Source of the DNA: Strigamia acuminata
Lineage: Eukaryota
Reading direction: 5' to 3'
Length of the DNA: 64,000 nucleotides
NCBI GenBank assembly: GCA_949358305.1
Contig: OX442314.1
Span: 6,014,001 to 6,078,000, forward strand
In this document: positions 1-13,079 of the stretch, in pieces
How positions within the stretch are numbered: the first letter of the stretch is position 1
How the letters are laid out: every line of letters starts with the position of its first letter
Made by a program: the position numbers and the translations under genes
The notes under the pieces: generated by a model
What the model saw: only the letters and a program-made list of their open reading frames with translations
The model's database searches: none
What the model was told of the DNA's origin: nothing

Positions 1-966
1 ATGTCTCAAAAAATTTACCATACAATAGCTTGAAGCGATCTTACCCTTTTATACAAAAAGATTTTTGAGACTCCCTCAGTGACTGTAAGCGTACATGTCA
101 TTTCTCTTTATGTTATTTTCTGTTGTGTCACCTACACTCTTGTTCGACTCAAAAGTGTGGCCTTCTCCTATTGGCCGAGCCGCATCACTCCTAACTCCAG
201 TCTGTATTACTACCACTAGGAGAAGTAGTTTTTATTTGTATTATGTTTTGTGATTGCTATTACCATTTAAGTTGATATAATTTTAATTGTATTTTATTAT
301 AAAACGTTATTTCCATTTAGGAAATAAAGTGTTATGCACAAATAAATGTAAAACTCATGTTTGTTTTGTTTATTGGTTGCTTTGTCTGGAAAGCACAATA
401 TTTTTAAATTTTGGCTGTTACCTAGGAAATCGATTGCAATGTCTGTACATTGTAATGCATTTCTCGTGTTTGGGTCTATATTTTTGGATCACTGCACCAG
501 TGATACGGTTCGGCCAATGGGAGAAGGTCACCCTGTTGAGTCGAACAAGAAATTAGTTTCTAAGTTCCGTTTTTGAGAACGACGATTGAGCGCGCTGAAT
601 GTAATTTTGCAAAAGGCTTGCACGATGTAAACTTACAATAGCCAAGAAGTAAAGTTAATTTTCAATTTTTAACTATTACAAACGTTTCATTGGAATCATT
701 TACGATAAACAAGAAGACAACTCTTGCTTTACAGTGACCCTCATTGTATTGTCGGGCCGGTATTATGCGAGCCACCCGCTGTTATAGCACATTCACACTA
801 AATGATTTCTACACTACATGGTGAAGGGTATGTGTTGTATCCATTTGGTATTATCCATTCAGCATTACTCAATTAATTAATTAATTAATCACCTATAATT
901 AAAATTGCACTCTAGATCTAGCTGAAGCTTCTGAAAAATGACTGTGATCTTTCTAATGTTTTCCAG

Positions 967-2374
967 AAAAAACACACAACCTAATAGTTGACTTTACGTT
1001 TACATTTGAATTCCTACAACCCTCAGACGTATGCAACCATGATATGAAGGTAAGCTAAAATCATTAGACAGATAAATACCTTACCCTCAACAGATTAGAA
1101 TCCAAACGACTGGATTCCTGTAAATCAGGATTTAAATTGATCAGTAAAGGGGTTAGCAAGAATTCTGTAAACCAGGAATGTGCATTTTCCCATATGGGTT
1201 TGAAAAGGTTTGTAACTGGAAAACTGTACGTGCAGAATGCCAGAGTAGATTGTACCATTTATTCAGCCCAGAAACAATGACATTGATAAATTTTTATTTT
1301 GCACATACAATCGCAGACCAAATACCAGGTGGCCCAAATAAAATCAATTGGCCGGACAGTATGAAGAGGGTTAGTATTGTTGGGCGGATTTTATTTAGGC
1401 CACCTGCAACCGGTACAATAGGTGTACTCAAATGAATTGTGACTGATTTGTCTGAAATTACTTGTTACTTGTTACAAGAAGTGATCCAATATGCATCCAC
1501 ATAATTTTTAATTATCTTATATTATTCAGTTATTCCTAAATAATCCAGCAGAGGAAGTTAACATTCTGGAACCATTGGTGTTAATCTATGGATGGATAAA
1601 TATTGTTGTACTTCGAGAATTTATAGTAACAATTTAAACAATATTATTTACAAAAAATACGGTACATCCTGTTTATAATGAACTTGATTTTATAAAATAG
1701 TCTGTGCAAAGAAATACAAAGCGCAATCCATGTGAAGATAACAAAACTACATATTTGATGTGTAAAAATGCTTGCATACAAAACAATTTATTTAGAAGCA
1801 TTAACTGCAGGTATACTAGCCAATTGACACATTTTACTTTATTCACATCTCACAAGTCAGTGCTGATTTGGTGAATTGGCACGAATGTTTATATCTATCG
1901 AAACATCTATGTTCCCTTGTTTCACATTTATTTTTATTTATTGCCACATTTTATTGTCATCTATTTCTTAATTACTTGTTATAATGACTTCTTAGATTAC
2001 CTTACATGACAGCATCAACTTTACCAGACTGCAACACTACAAAAGATGTTACTACCACTCATCAAATGTACTTCAATAACTACGCCTCGAATCAAAAACA
2101 GTGCAAATGTAAACGACCTTGCGAAAATAAGTTTTACCAAATCATTTTCCGTGGGAGTAAGTTATCAGTCAATTTTTTCACGCTTGCGATCTTTCGATTA
2201 GCTGATAGTTTGACCGAGACCATAGAAGAGAAACCGAAATATCCAATGTCTCAATTCTTAAGCGATATCGGCAGCATTCTAGGATTAGGTTTGGGAATGT
2301 CAATACTATCTTTCTACATTTGCATTCTAAACAGTGTTAATTGGTTCAGAGTCTGTTTGGTAAATCGTCGTTAA
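967..2374 (+). CDS. DEG/ENaC (pickpocket/ASIC-like) channel paralog 1, last four exons only (second module); 5' part not identified in the window
   Basis: Exons 967-1049, 1530-1625, 1701-1810 and 1996-2374 have GT/AG boundaries. They match exons 7-10 of paralog 2 in phase, and the middle two match in length (96 and 110 nt). The Cys-rich thumb (CKCKRPC) and TM2 (FLSDIGSILGLGLGMSILS) are present. Confidence 0.85.
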
Positions 2375-2486
2375 CTTGTGGCATTGTTTACAATTTTCAA
2401 ATCACAATTTTACAATTACACAATTTCAGACAATTTTTCCAAATTTTTCCAGTTGCCATTATATTTCGATTTGTGTTGTTGCAATA

Positions 2487-3467
2487 CCGTAAAGCGGGGT
2501 GACTTTGTGCCACTTTTTGTTATAGATTTCAATAACAATCGTAGAAATAATCATATTGTTATAAAAATTGAATGGAAGGTGTATATTTGTATGTGCTAAA
2601 CAATGGCAAGCTTAAAAAAAATTATAGTTATTACATTTTTTAAAAAAAATTTTAATTTAGCTGACCAATCTCACACCTGCTTGGGGTGACTTTGGCCATC
2701 AATTGGAAAACCATTGAAATCCAATGATAATGTTTAATCAGATAATAATTATAATAATAATTATAATAAGATTTTATCAGAAAACATTTAAAAATCATTT
2801 TGTCACATTTTAAAGTTTTTCTGACATTTTTGATGTTCAGTCTATAAATTCATGTGATCATGACTTAATTACAAGAACATTAGAAATTTATTTCTTACAA
2901 AAAATTGAAACAACAATAAAACTGCATTAAAAATGTCATAAATAATCACAGGTGTTTAAAGATAGAAAAATTAACAAATAGGAACAAAACAATCAAAAAA
3001 TAATATTATAAACCTCCTGTCACCCCGTCTGTTGGAGTGGTGTAAAGTCACCCCAAAAAATGGCCAAAGTCACCCCAGTGATGATAACATGTTTCCCTGA
3101 CTTTCCTGTTCATGATAGGTGCATGAAATTTTAACAAAACACTCTGGAGGGAAGGTCGTGAATGATCACAGATTAATACCATAAAAGGACATTGTCCTGA
3201 CTCTAACCATTTCTGAGATATAAAATAATTTTTGCGTGTTTCTTTTTTTAAGTAAAAAATGTGCATCCACTTATGAATTTTTTTAAGTTTTGTGTGCATG
3301 CTGAGATAAAATCCAGCTGAATAGTGTCAAAGAGCATACTTTATAGCACACTTTCATATTTTTTAATTGTAAATATTGCTTGCTGCCTGTCTTTGGCAAT
3401 GCAACAAATCTTTTTTTTCACTTTGGGGTAATCTCACCCCTTAAGCCAAAGTCACCCCACTTTACGG
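2487..3467. mobile_element. Non-autonomous Tc1/mariner-superfamily element (MITE-like)
   Basis: TIRs CCGTAAAGCGGGGTGACTTTG...CAAAGTCACCCCACTTTACGG with TA on both sides. The GGGGTGACTTT motif recurs internally (~2683 forward; ~3044 and ~3065 inverted). No transposase. Confidence 0.85.
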
Positions 3468-5079
3468 TAACTATTTTGTGATGATTGAACAGACGCGAAT
3501 GAATAAGCGCGGAATTTTATTCCGCGCTCATTCATTCCTCGCCAGGTATTGTAACTCATTCATCACTGAATGCACCTCTCATTGTTCCAAGTCTGTGAAC
3601 CACTCATTGTTTGTAGAATTTTGCGTCAGAGGTGCACATCAGCTCAGTACTCACCAACACAGAATTGCTATTTAGAAGCAAGGCAGTGAATCGCAAAAGG
3701 CAATCCCTTAATATTGACGAAATTGTCGCAGTTTTCAAATTTTTGACTGAAAATTTTATAACTACGTTTAAAAATACATAATTTTTCATGTTAAAACTCC
3801 TTAATGTGCATAGAACAAATATTGCTCACTCGCTCCTGGCGTTTGTGTCTGCAAGAAAGATGTAATCGTATTTCGTTACGAAATATTATTAATGTTTCTG
3901 TTGCAAAACTGTAAAGTATTGATTATTAAAACACCGGAAATATAATTCTTGAATGATTAATGTCCTTTTTAAGTACGAATAAAAAACATCGTAAAATTCA
4001 CAAACCTGTTTAAACTTTTATTCCAAAGAAAGCAATAGCATTCAGCTGCCAGTCAGCCGAGCCAAACTATTGTAGCACACAAAACTGTAGCGTGTTAGGA
4101 GCAAACAAATTTAGAATTTGATAGATCGTCTTATTCCAAACTCGAGTCATCAGCCCAAAATCCGAGATCTTGTGTGATCTTGGGTGCCAAGCAGAGAAGC
4201 CAGCCCTAAAGCAACCCCACGCAATTTCTACAGTATACCATACTTGTAGTACCAGGACCATATGGACAAAATGCACAGAAGTAACCAGGTGTTCGTATGA
4301 AATCACTAAATGAGTGGGTTTTTGCAACTGAACAGGCAATAGAGTGTGAGTACCTTTTTTAATTTGCCAATCTTCTAAAGAAATAATTTGCACCGTACAT
4401 GTTTAGCGTTGCACTAAGCTACAACAGTGCTTAGTTTGAATTTTCCTAAGTCGTTTTTATCGTATTTATGTTGAAAAAAGACAGTAGTTGTATTTAAGGA
4501 TTTATCAATTTTCTCGCGAAAATAAACAGTGTCTGTTTGGGTCGAAAACAATTTTATTGAGTCTTTTGAGGTGTCCAAATACAAAATCAAAGGAACAAAG
4601 GCTTATCTCTGATAATTTATGACAAAAATTCCACACTTCCGATTCAGCGTCACCCAATTTCGCCCAAAACTCCCGCTGAATGTTGGCTTACGTTCTCGCC
4701 ACCGCCTTGTCCCCCTCGATCTTACACATCCCCACCCTCTCTTAAACGCCAGTTTTTACAGTTATTGCCTCTATTGCCTATGACCTCCGCCGTTTAAACT
4801 GACCCCGGCACCTACATGAATACGGCGTCAATTTGATGCTTTTACGAGATCACTTTTTTGATGCGATACATTGCTTCTGTGACTTATCGCAGCCAAGTGA
4901 ATACTATAATCGTATTCATATTTGCTTGGAAAAATAATCGCACAGGTCTAGCCATACCAGCCGAAATAGTATTCTATTCAAATTGATCCACATTGTTTCT
5001 AAAATTGCATCTTTAAAAAACTGATGGTATAACACCGTGGTATTGTTTTGGGTAAGGATGCCAGCTGGGCCTGCTTTCC

Positions 5080-5330
5080 AAAGACATAAAAAGACAAAAT
5101 AGAAAGACATAAATAGAACATGAAGAGTCATAAAAATGACATGAAAAGATGTAAAAAAAAAGATATAAAAGACATAAAAAGATATAAAAGACATAAAAAG
5201 ATATAAAAGACATAAAAAGATATGAAAAACATAAAGAGACGTAAAAATGACATGAAAAAACATAAAAAGACGTAAAAATGACATGATAAGACATTAAAAC
5301 GAAATGAAACGACATGAAAAGACAAAATGA
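5080..5330. repeat. Degenerate A-rich 9-10 bp tandem repeat (AAAAGACAT/AAAAGATAT)
   Basis: Directly visible; it produces spurious Phe-rich ORFs on the - strand. Confidence 0.85.
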
Positions 5331-6140
5331 GAAGGAGGTGGGTCTAATTGGATTATGTTGATGAGTAGATATGAGCGGCTTTGAACCCGTGTATGATTTG
5401 GACGATTGGTGCCGCAATTGTACTTTCTAATTTTGAATTCTACTCTGTCATCGATCGCCGATTCGTCCACAGCATTTTGTTGACAAGGCTGTTTCATCTA
5501 AAAGTCAATGATTTCGATAACACGATACTGTCGCTCATTGACAGCAGACAACAGCTCGGTTGTTTTGGGATTATAATAGTTAAATGAAAAGTGCTGTGAA
5601 TTTTTCTACTTGTGTAATGAAAAAATATTAAAAAGACGATTGGAGTAAGCTCAACCATAAAAACTGGAAAGATCATTGAGCTCTTGGACAGTGTCGACTA
5701 CAGCATTCCCGTTTTGGGATTAAATGATTAAACTGGCAGTGCTGAAAAGATAGCCGTCTAAATCAGTGATAAAGCTTAGGAGTCTGTTGCCCATAATCTT
5801 TGTCCAAGACCACTTTCGGGGTCGTAGCCACTGCAAGAATTATAGATTTACAAAATTTTAGTCTTGTAAATTTATTTTTTAAAATGTCTGTTTACAATAT
5901 TTGTAAATTTACATTAAAGTTAAATGACATTTAAAATTTAACAATTAGATTTACATTGAAATTAGGAAAAAGTTAAATTTAATATTTCACATTACGACAA
6001 CTTGTGCATGACGCATGTTTTAACGCATGTCCAAGACACTGTTGTTGTCTTTGTTGGGCCCTAAAGCATTCAGGTTATGACATCTGATTAGTGTCAACTA
6101 ACCAATCTAATCCAAAGCTAAACTATTGTTCTCCTTTTAC

Positions 6141-6447
6141 CAAAGGTGGGGAATCTTTCTTCTGCCAAGGGCCATTTGGATATTTACAACATCATTCGCA
6201 GGCCACACAAATTTTTCAACTTAAAAATTAGCCGCTTATGTTTGGTCAAACATTTAATTAACTCACCCACTATCGATAACTGGAACTGCCTCCGTTTGTT
6301 GAGACGTGTGATGTAGGCCGGTATTGATGACGCTGATACTTGCAATTGCTTTTCCAGGTTTGGGTCGGTCAGTTTGGAATTTCGAGTTCCACCTGTGAGA
6401 GCCTCGGCAGAGCCAGACCAAATAATTTTGCAGTCATTGCACGCCTG
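6141..6447 (+). mobile_element. Degenerate hAT/Charlie-like DNA transposon fragment
   Basis: Starts CAAAGGTGGGGAATCTTTCTTCTGCCAAGGGCCATTTGGATATTTACAACATCATTCGCAGGCC, which resembles hAT-Charlie left ends from memory. Right TIR and TSD not found. Confidence 0.5.
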
Positions 6448-7369
6448 ATAGTGGAGTTGGCCGCTTCAAACATATCTGTGAAAACTGGCGTTTTACTCCA
6501 GTCTAACATTCCCTTTAATGTGTTGTTTTATTCTATAATTTTTGTATTTGATTTCATAACAATTTAATTTGGGTGCACATTCCCTTTAATGTGTCATTAT
6601 TATTGTTATTTTGTAAAACTTGATTTAATAATGTTTAATGTTTAATAATTTGATATTTGTTCTTATTAATTCTTATTATAATATTTTAGTGTCTTTATTT
6701 GCTAATTTTTATATTTCTTGATTTGACATTTTGCATTTGCATTTATTATGTTTTTTATTTGTTTATTTACAATTTAGTGTCATTAACCTTTTTAATTAGA
6801 TTGGGTTAGATTTGTTGTCACTCAACCTGGCTTCAGCTCCCCTCTTAAGAATGCAGCTGAAGCCAATTAACGGATTAGTGTTGCTCCAATAGGAGCGTTT
6901 CTTGTATATAGTTTTTGTGAGACAATAAACTTGACCCCAGTGAACATACAAATTTCATGGTGACAACAAGCATCCATTTTATTTCAACCAACATCACAAT
7001 TTACAAAGAAACCAGAGACTTAAGATTATACAAAAAGAAGTTTGGATTCAACAATATCATTATTAAATTTAGCACCAAGTCGATTACATCTCTTCGGTTA
7101 CACTCTTTCCCCACACCAACACTCCAACTTCTCCATAACCAAAATGAAATAGTGTCTTGAAGTCATAATTAGCCATTAGCAAACACTTTTTGTTCAAGCT
7201 GTATACTTAAACTGGAAAATTGAACTCTGTGTATGTCAATTTATGCAGACGTTAGTTGATTTTCTTGACATATTTAAAAATTGGCACCATTTTGTTTTTC
7301 AGTTTGGCCGTCCCTCTGCATGTTTGCTCAAGCAAACAAACACTTTGATCAAACTCATTCAGTATCTCT

Positions 7370-10300
7370 ATGAGCTTGGAAGGTACCAAAATAATGGAAA
7401 ATAATAATTTGATGTGGAGATACAGAAAAGGGAAAAGACAACTCCGTCTGACAATTCACCGATTAATGAAGGATGATGCCACCAAACCCAACTGCGATAT
7501 AATTGGATTGGAAGATTTCGTCAACAGTAGGAAACGTTGGAGGAGCAAACATCGCATCCTTTGGCTGCTTTTATTCTCATTTTGCATGTGCATGCTCACA
7601 TATCAGACATACGACAGAATAATGCATTACTTCAGTTATCCTACAGCTGTCGACGTGACGACTAGATCAGAAAATGTTACTTTACCAGACTTAATGGTCT
7701 ATAGTACAGACACAAAGAAAATGAATAGGCTTTGGGAAGAAACTCCTACAGCAAATAAACGAACATCAGAATCCATTTCATGCGATAAGATGCTTGAAGA
7801 GCTAATGAGAATTAAAAACCCAACTTACGATATGGATACACTTTGGAAAGCAACTAACAATACTGATGACATCGACAGTATAAAAATGAAAGTAAAAATT
7901 AAAATAAAATAAAACAATACAGAAATCCAGTTAAAAATCACAATTTAAACTACATTTGCATAGGGATATTCAAATACTACTGTTTTCCAGACGGAAACTG
8001 ACAGTGCATTAGGAATATGCTCAACATTTCGATTTGGTAACTACAAACAAGCATTTATCACTACTTTCATGGTTACACTAATATTATTCATTGACATAGC
8101 TGAAGCTTTTAGCAAATCATTTGTCGGAAAGTTACTGACAGTGAATTTAAATAAGAATTACGACTCGATGTGCCTTGAGCCTCATTATCTGGTAACTTAA
8201 TTAAATCACAATAGCAATTGCTGCATTAATTTTCCTCTTTGCCCTTAGGTTTATCTGACATTCAATAATATTGGAAATCACATTTTTCTATCAATGATGT
8301 ATCCTGGTTCAACAACTAAAATAAATTTTAGTTGTAACAAAGTAAAGTTTTACCTAAAAACTTGAAATTCCTGGGCAACACCTTTTAATGTTTTCATTTG
8401 TAGTTCATATTGCAAAATTCACCAATCAGTTCATGCTCTAACGAAGACGAATACAGAGAATGCTATCGGAATTGCTTACTTAACGAATTTAAGAAACTAA
8501 AATGCAGGTAAGAACATGTGGTGAAAATGCTTCTTGTTTGGTATCACAATTAAACAGCTAATTAAATATATTCTATACAAGATTTCCATTCATGAAGTTA
8601 GATTTGCCACTTTGTCAATTAGCACATGATTCAAAAAAGATGTATTCTCGTGTTACGTACTTGGTTAGATATAAAGAACCAATTACTGATTGCCAATGTC
8701 GACGTCCTTGTCAACATATAACTTTTACACCATATATTGATTTAGGCAAAGCTAATAATGATAAAATGACGAGTTTAACATTAGCAATAACTAATGAGAA
8801 GGTCACTGTTTATGAAGAACGGTACACTTATGACGTTATTGCCTTACTATCAGATTTAGGAGGCAATCTGGGCCTGTTTATTGGACTATCCGTAATCTCA
8901 TTACCTGACATCATTTGGTATTCATATTATGTTGCATCAAACATTCGCCGAAAAAGATCCGTCAACAAGATGAGGCGTCTGTATGAAATGTGCAAAAAAA
9001 TAATTGATGAGACTGAGAAGCCAACCAAAATACATCCAATCTTAGAAAAGTTGAAGATAATATTCGTATTAGTTGTTGCAGGATTTACTTTGTATTGCCT
9101 GCACATTCGTGTCAATTACTACCTCGATGAACCGGGCACAACAATCGTTCGAATAAGTCAACGACGCTACACCGAATTTCCTTCTGTCACAGTTTGTGGA
9201 GAAGAATTCAATGAAGAAATGCACGAAGCCCGATTACACTTACTTAAACAACCCAATAAAACTTGTGACAACATATCACCCTGGCAATTGTTCAACAGCA
9301 AATTGTCATTGCAAAACATCTGGGAATCGCTTAATATTGACAAAATGATTGCTGTTAGCCCTGTTGGGACTGGGAAAGATGTAACTACATTCAATCATAT
9401 TCCTCAAACAAAAACCAAACAATACAAGTTTTATGTTTACAGGTACCAACAACTAATCTTATTTCACTTCCATTTGGTAATTGTTCACAAATTAGAAATG
9501 GTAAATTATAAAATTGGTTTCTGATTTTAGTTACCGGTAATTGATGGTTGTATTTAAATTCTACTTTTGAATTCTGGAATGTTTAATGTTTCTTTTTTTT
9601 CCTGATTTATTTAACTGTAAAAATTGATTTCCTGCAGACGAGTTGGAAAATTAATTCTGGCTTTACCGCTGTCTTACAGATAAAACAAGCACAAAGACCA
9701 CTAAGCTAAACATGCACTTTCTTAGATATCTACATCCTCTAGAAGCTTGTGATCCCCAGCTTAAGGTGTGTAAAAAAACATTTTCACTCGAAATCACCTG
9801 TAATTTTGCAACCAAACTGGAATGTGTTTAATTGACAGTCCCGGTGTCTTTTTAAGCAACATTTTTAAATAAGATGCCGAGAAAGTCTAATTATTCGAGC
9901 ACAAAGCCACAAAAAAAGTTCTTAGGATAATCCTAAGCTGAAATAGTAATAAAAATGGTTCGTGTTTTGTTCGGGCACACATTGCTAATTGTGAATAGAA
10001 AAATAGAAAAAATAGTTTTTGTGCACATAACTAACAGTTTTAATTGTTAATATAAATATTTTGGATTATAATAACACGCAGCTAATCATAAATAATCGGG
10101 AAGAGGAAGTTAACATTTTGGCACCATTGACCATAAACTATGGGTGTGTCAACGACGTAGTACTTCGAGACGTTCAGGTAGAAAATGAAATAAATTTATA
10201 AATGCTGATATTAAGATTCCTTTTACGAAATAGATCATACGAAGAAATACAAAGCACAATCCGTGTGAAGCGGACAAAAGTGCTTATCTCAAGTGTAAAA

Positions 10301-11010
10301 GTGCTTGCTGGCTTAACAATGTATTTCGAGGTGTTAAATGCAGGTAAAGTTCACATTTCTTTTCATACATTAGCTCCAATTTTATCACATCTATTTTCAT
10401 TTTCGCCGTTTTAAACGTCGACTGGGCAGCTAATCCGCGGTCAGTTTTCGGTTGGCAATGGATTATTGCACAAGCATTAACCACCCACAAACTTGCAAGC
10501 TTGTTTTGACATGATAGCGATTAAAGATTCATTTGCTGCATCACCAGATTGAATCTGATCGAAAAACACCTAACCCTTTTCAGCAGATAAACTGCCACCA
10601 TTTGCATCTTTGACCAATCTCCTCTTTGTTTCAGATTACCATACATGGGAAAACCTAATTTTCCAGTTTGTAACACTACAAGTGCCGTAACTACGGCTCA
10701 TTTCACGTATTTAAGCAACCTTGGCTCGAATCAAAAACAATGCAAATGCAAACAACCTTGCAAAAATATTTTTTACAAATTTATTTTTCGGGAGAATAAA
10801 TTGCCAAAAAATAAAGGCCTACTAATAATATTCCAATTTGCTGATAGCTCTGTCGAGATTGTAGAAGAGAAACGGGCATATCCAATATCTCAATTCTTAA
10901 GCGATTTCGGTAGCATTGTAGGACTGGGCTTGGGAATGTCACTTCTCTCTTTGTACAATTGGATTTTAAAAACTTACAATTCGTTTCAGAAACAAAATGT
11001 GAGCTGTTGA
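7370..11010 (+). CDS. Tandem double-module DEG/ENaC channel, paralog 2 (intact, 10 exons, 823 aa, four predicted TM helices)
   Basis: Exons 7370-7891, 7964-8191, 8249-8341, 8404-8507, 8582-9380, 9443-9500, 9680-9765, 10082-10177, 10234-10343 and 10635-11010 total 2472 nt, all introns GT-AG, with no internal stop. Module 1: TM1 ILWLLLFSFCMCMLTYQ, YFSYPT, LPDLMV, GICSTF, CQCRRPC, TM2 LLSDLGGNLGLFIGLSVISL. Module 2: TM1 IIFVLVVAGFTLYCL, FPSVTVC, PFGNCS, CKCKQPC, TM2 FLSDFGSIVGLGLGMSLLSL. AATAAA at 11031-11036. Confidence 0.88.
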
Positions 11011-13079
11011 TTTACTCTCTAATGAGTGTAAATAAAATATTACTAATATTAGCTAAGCACATGTAAAAATTATAATTACCGTAGATCAAAAAATAAATCT
11101 ATCATGACGACACTTGTTAGTTCAACATGCACCAGCAAAATGATTATTGTCAAAGTCAGAGTCTGTCTCCAGTCTGTCGCCCAGTCCGATTTTTTGTGTC
11201 CTTCTAACTCCATACGAACTTTATACATCGTATTTAAAAATGAATTAAAAGCACATGGTTGAGACGTCATATATTCGTTTGAATGCACACAAAACTAATT
11301 CTATTTCTGTTCCCAATTTTAGATTTAGTTGGGTAACTTGTGTAAGTTTGTACTTTTACCTATCGATGTAACTCATTTCAAATTATTGAGCAAAAATGGT
11401 TGTTATGACTAAATTAGAATGCACACAGCAGAGAATATACACAATAAAAGCAAGTTAAGTACTAATCGAAACACACTTTTCACATGTGGCAACTCACTTT
11501 CCTAGTGCAGTTTCTAAAATGTTTTAGTGTTGTAACCTACTGGTGTATCTATCATATTTCACATTAATAAAACAATTTATAATGTACTCAAATAATAGAA
11601 AAATAAAATAAAACTTAGAAATTTATATCCAGGCCCATTAATCCACGTTTATTTTCATCTATTTTTGCTTTCGAATTTTTTTCTCGACGTCATCCCTACC
11701 TTATTTCTTGTCACAATTTTTAACCAACACGCATTGTTAGTTTAACATGCACGAGCAAGAATCATTATTCTAAAATTCAGGGCTGGTTCCATGTCTATCA
11801 GCGCACTAAGTAGTTTATAAATCGTATTTATAAGTGGTGGATTAAAGCCACGTGTTTTGTAACAAATAAAATTTAATTCATAACATTATGAACATCAATA
11901 AGTTCATTCTGTGCCAAGAAATCACTCACCGTTGACGGTTCGAATGTCAGATGCCTCCTCGTCGTGTTTCTGTCCTCGTTTGCCGAATCGCGTCGCTCGT
12001 GAGCGACTGCTTTCCGCTTCTCGTCTGTTGAATTTGATGAGATAAAAAAAAAGTCGAATAGTTTACTTTTATGCCAGGGAATCGATTGGCTCCAGTATTA
12101 AGACGATCTAAAGTCACCCTAGCTAGTTGTGAGCGATGTTTCATCCGCTAAGATGATGCGTTTGTTTTTAGTTTGGCGGCCATTTGTGTTTCTGCAGTTC
12201 GATTATGTCATTTCTGTAATTAGAAATCAATAAACGTTTGTTTAAATGGTAATGAAATATTGCCTTGTTTTTTTTAAATAATATTTTACAATTTTTATAT
12301 TTGAATTTTATAATTAAATTGGTCTTTTTTCCGATGTATTTTAAGGCAGTTTTGGGGACCGGGCACTGTGATTGGCCGAAATGATCGCGTGGGCTCCCGA
12401 TTGTGACGAACAGGTTCTGGGTTGCTCTTTTGACAATGTTTTCATTTTATACGGATTGTCTGCCCCAGAAAAGTTTTGTATGTGTGTATATTGTTTTGTA
12501 CCTAATTTACGAGTATTTAAAAATTGATGTTTTAAGCTCATTGTGGAATTTTCTATGTTTATGGAAGAAATTCAAATTTTTGATGACAATTTTAACAGTT
12601 GATGATTGTAGGTAACAATTTTAACAATCGATGGCGCTGTAAAATTTTCTCTCAACAACGAGGATAATGTGATATGGCATCTGGCGAAATGGCTTTGTTA
12701 AAACGTTCAACGGGTGGATCCAGTGTATGTGGTAAGACCTTTGTTGAAATACATCACAGTCATGGCACTTACTTGTGCTTAAACCACAGATTAACTGATA
12801 ATTTAAGGTGAAAAAGGAGAGGAAGGATTTTAATTTATTTGCGCCAGATGAGCAGATGACACGATATCATTGACAGTTCAGCTATCCGCGCATGCCTGAA
12901 CTATGAGCCGCTTTGTGACTTCGGATATACGAGTATTGTTCTTCATTTGAGGCTCCATGCGTGTTGAGAGATATGAACGTATTACCATATTATTAAAATT
13001 ATTTTTTGTTCTTTCACCAGGCCAAGAGACTATTCACTCGATACATTTCTGGCACACCAGCAGAAGGGATTTGCATATA

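Noticed and set aside
4916..5417. Hydrophobic Phe-rich ORFs on the - strand
   Set aside because: These are translations of an A-rich tandem repeat, open in several frames.
8592..9524. Reading the two DEG/ENaC modules as two adjacent genes
   Set aside because: TM2 of module 1 and TM1 of module 2 are in one stop-free frame in a single exon, and the linker is open in paralog 3 too. The ORF tail after 9380 is intron or out-of-frame sequence.
9631..9660. Apparent premature stop in paralog 2 if the CCTGCAG acceptor at 9637 is used
   Set aside because: The acceptor at 9679 gives an exon matching paralog 1 (967-1049) in phase and nearly in length, with no stop.
11090..11860. Diverged direct repeat downstream of paralog 2 (~11110-11260 versus ~11730-11855)
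   Set aside because: Short, non-coding, no termini or TSD; probably an old local duplication.
11900..13070. Possible decayed transposon or promoter-like sequence
   Set aside because: No TIR pair, TSD or recognisable coding motif could be established.
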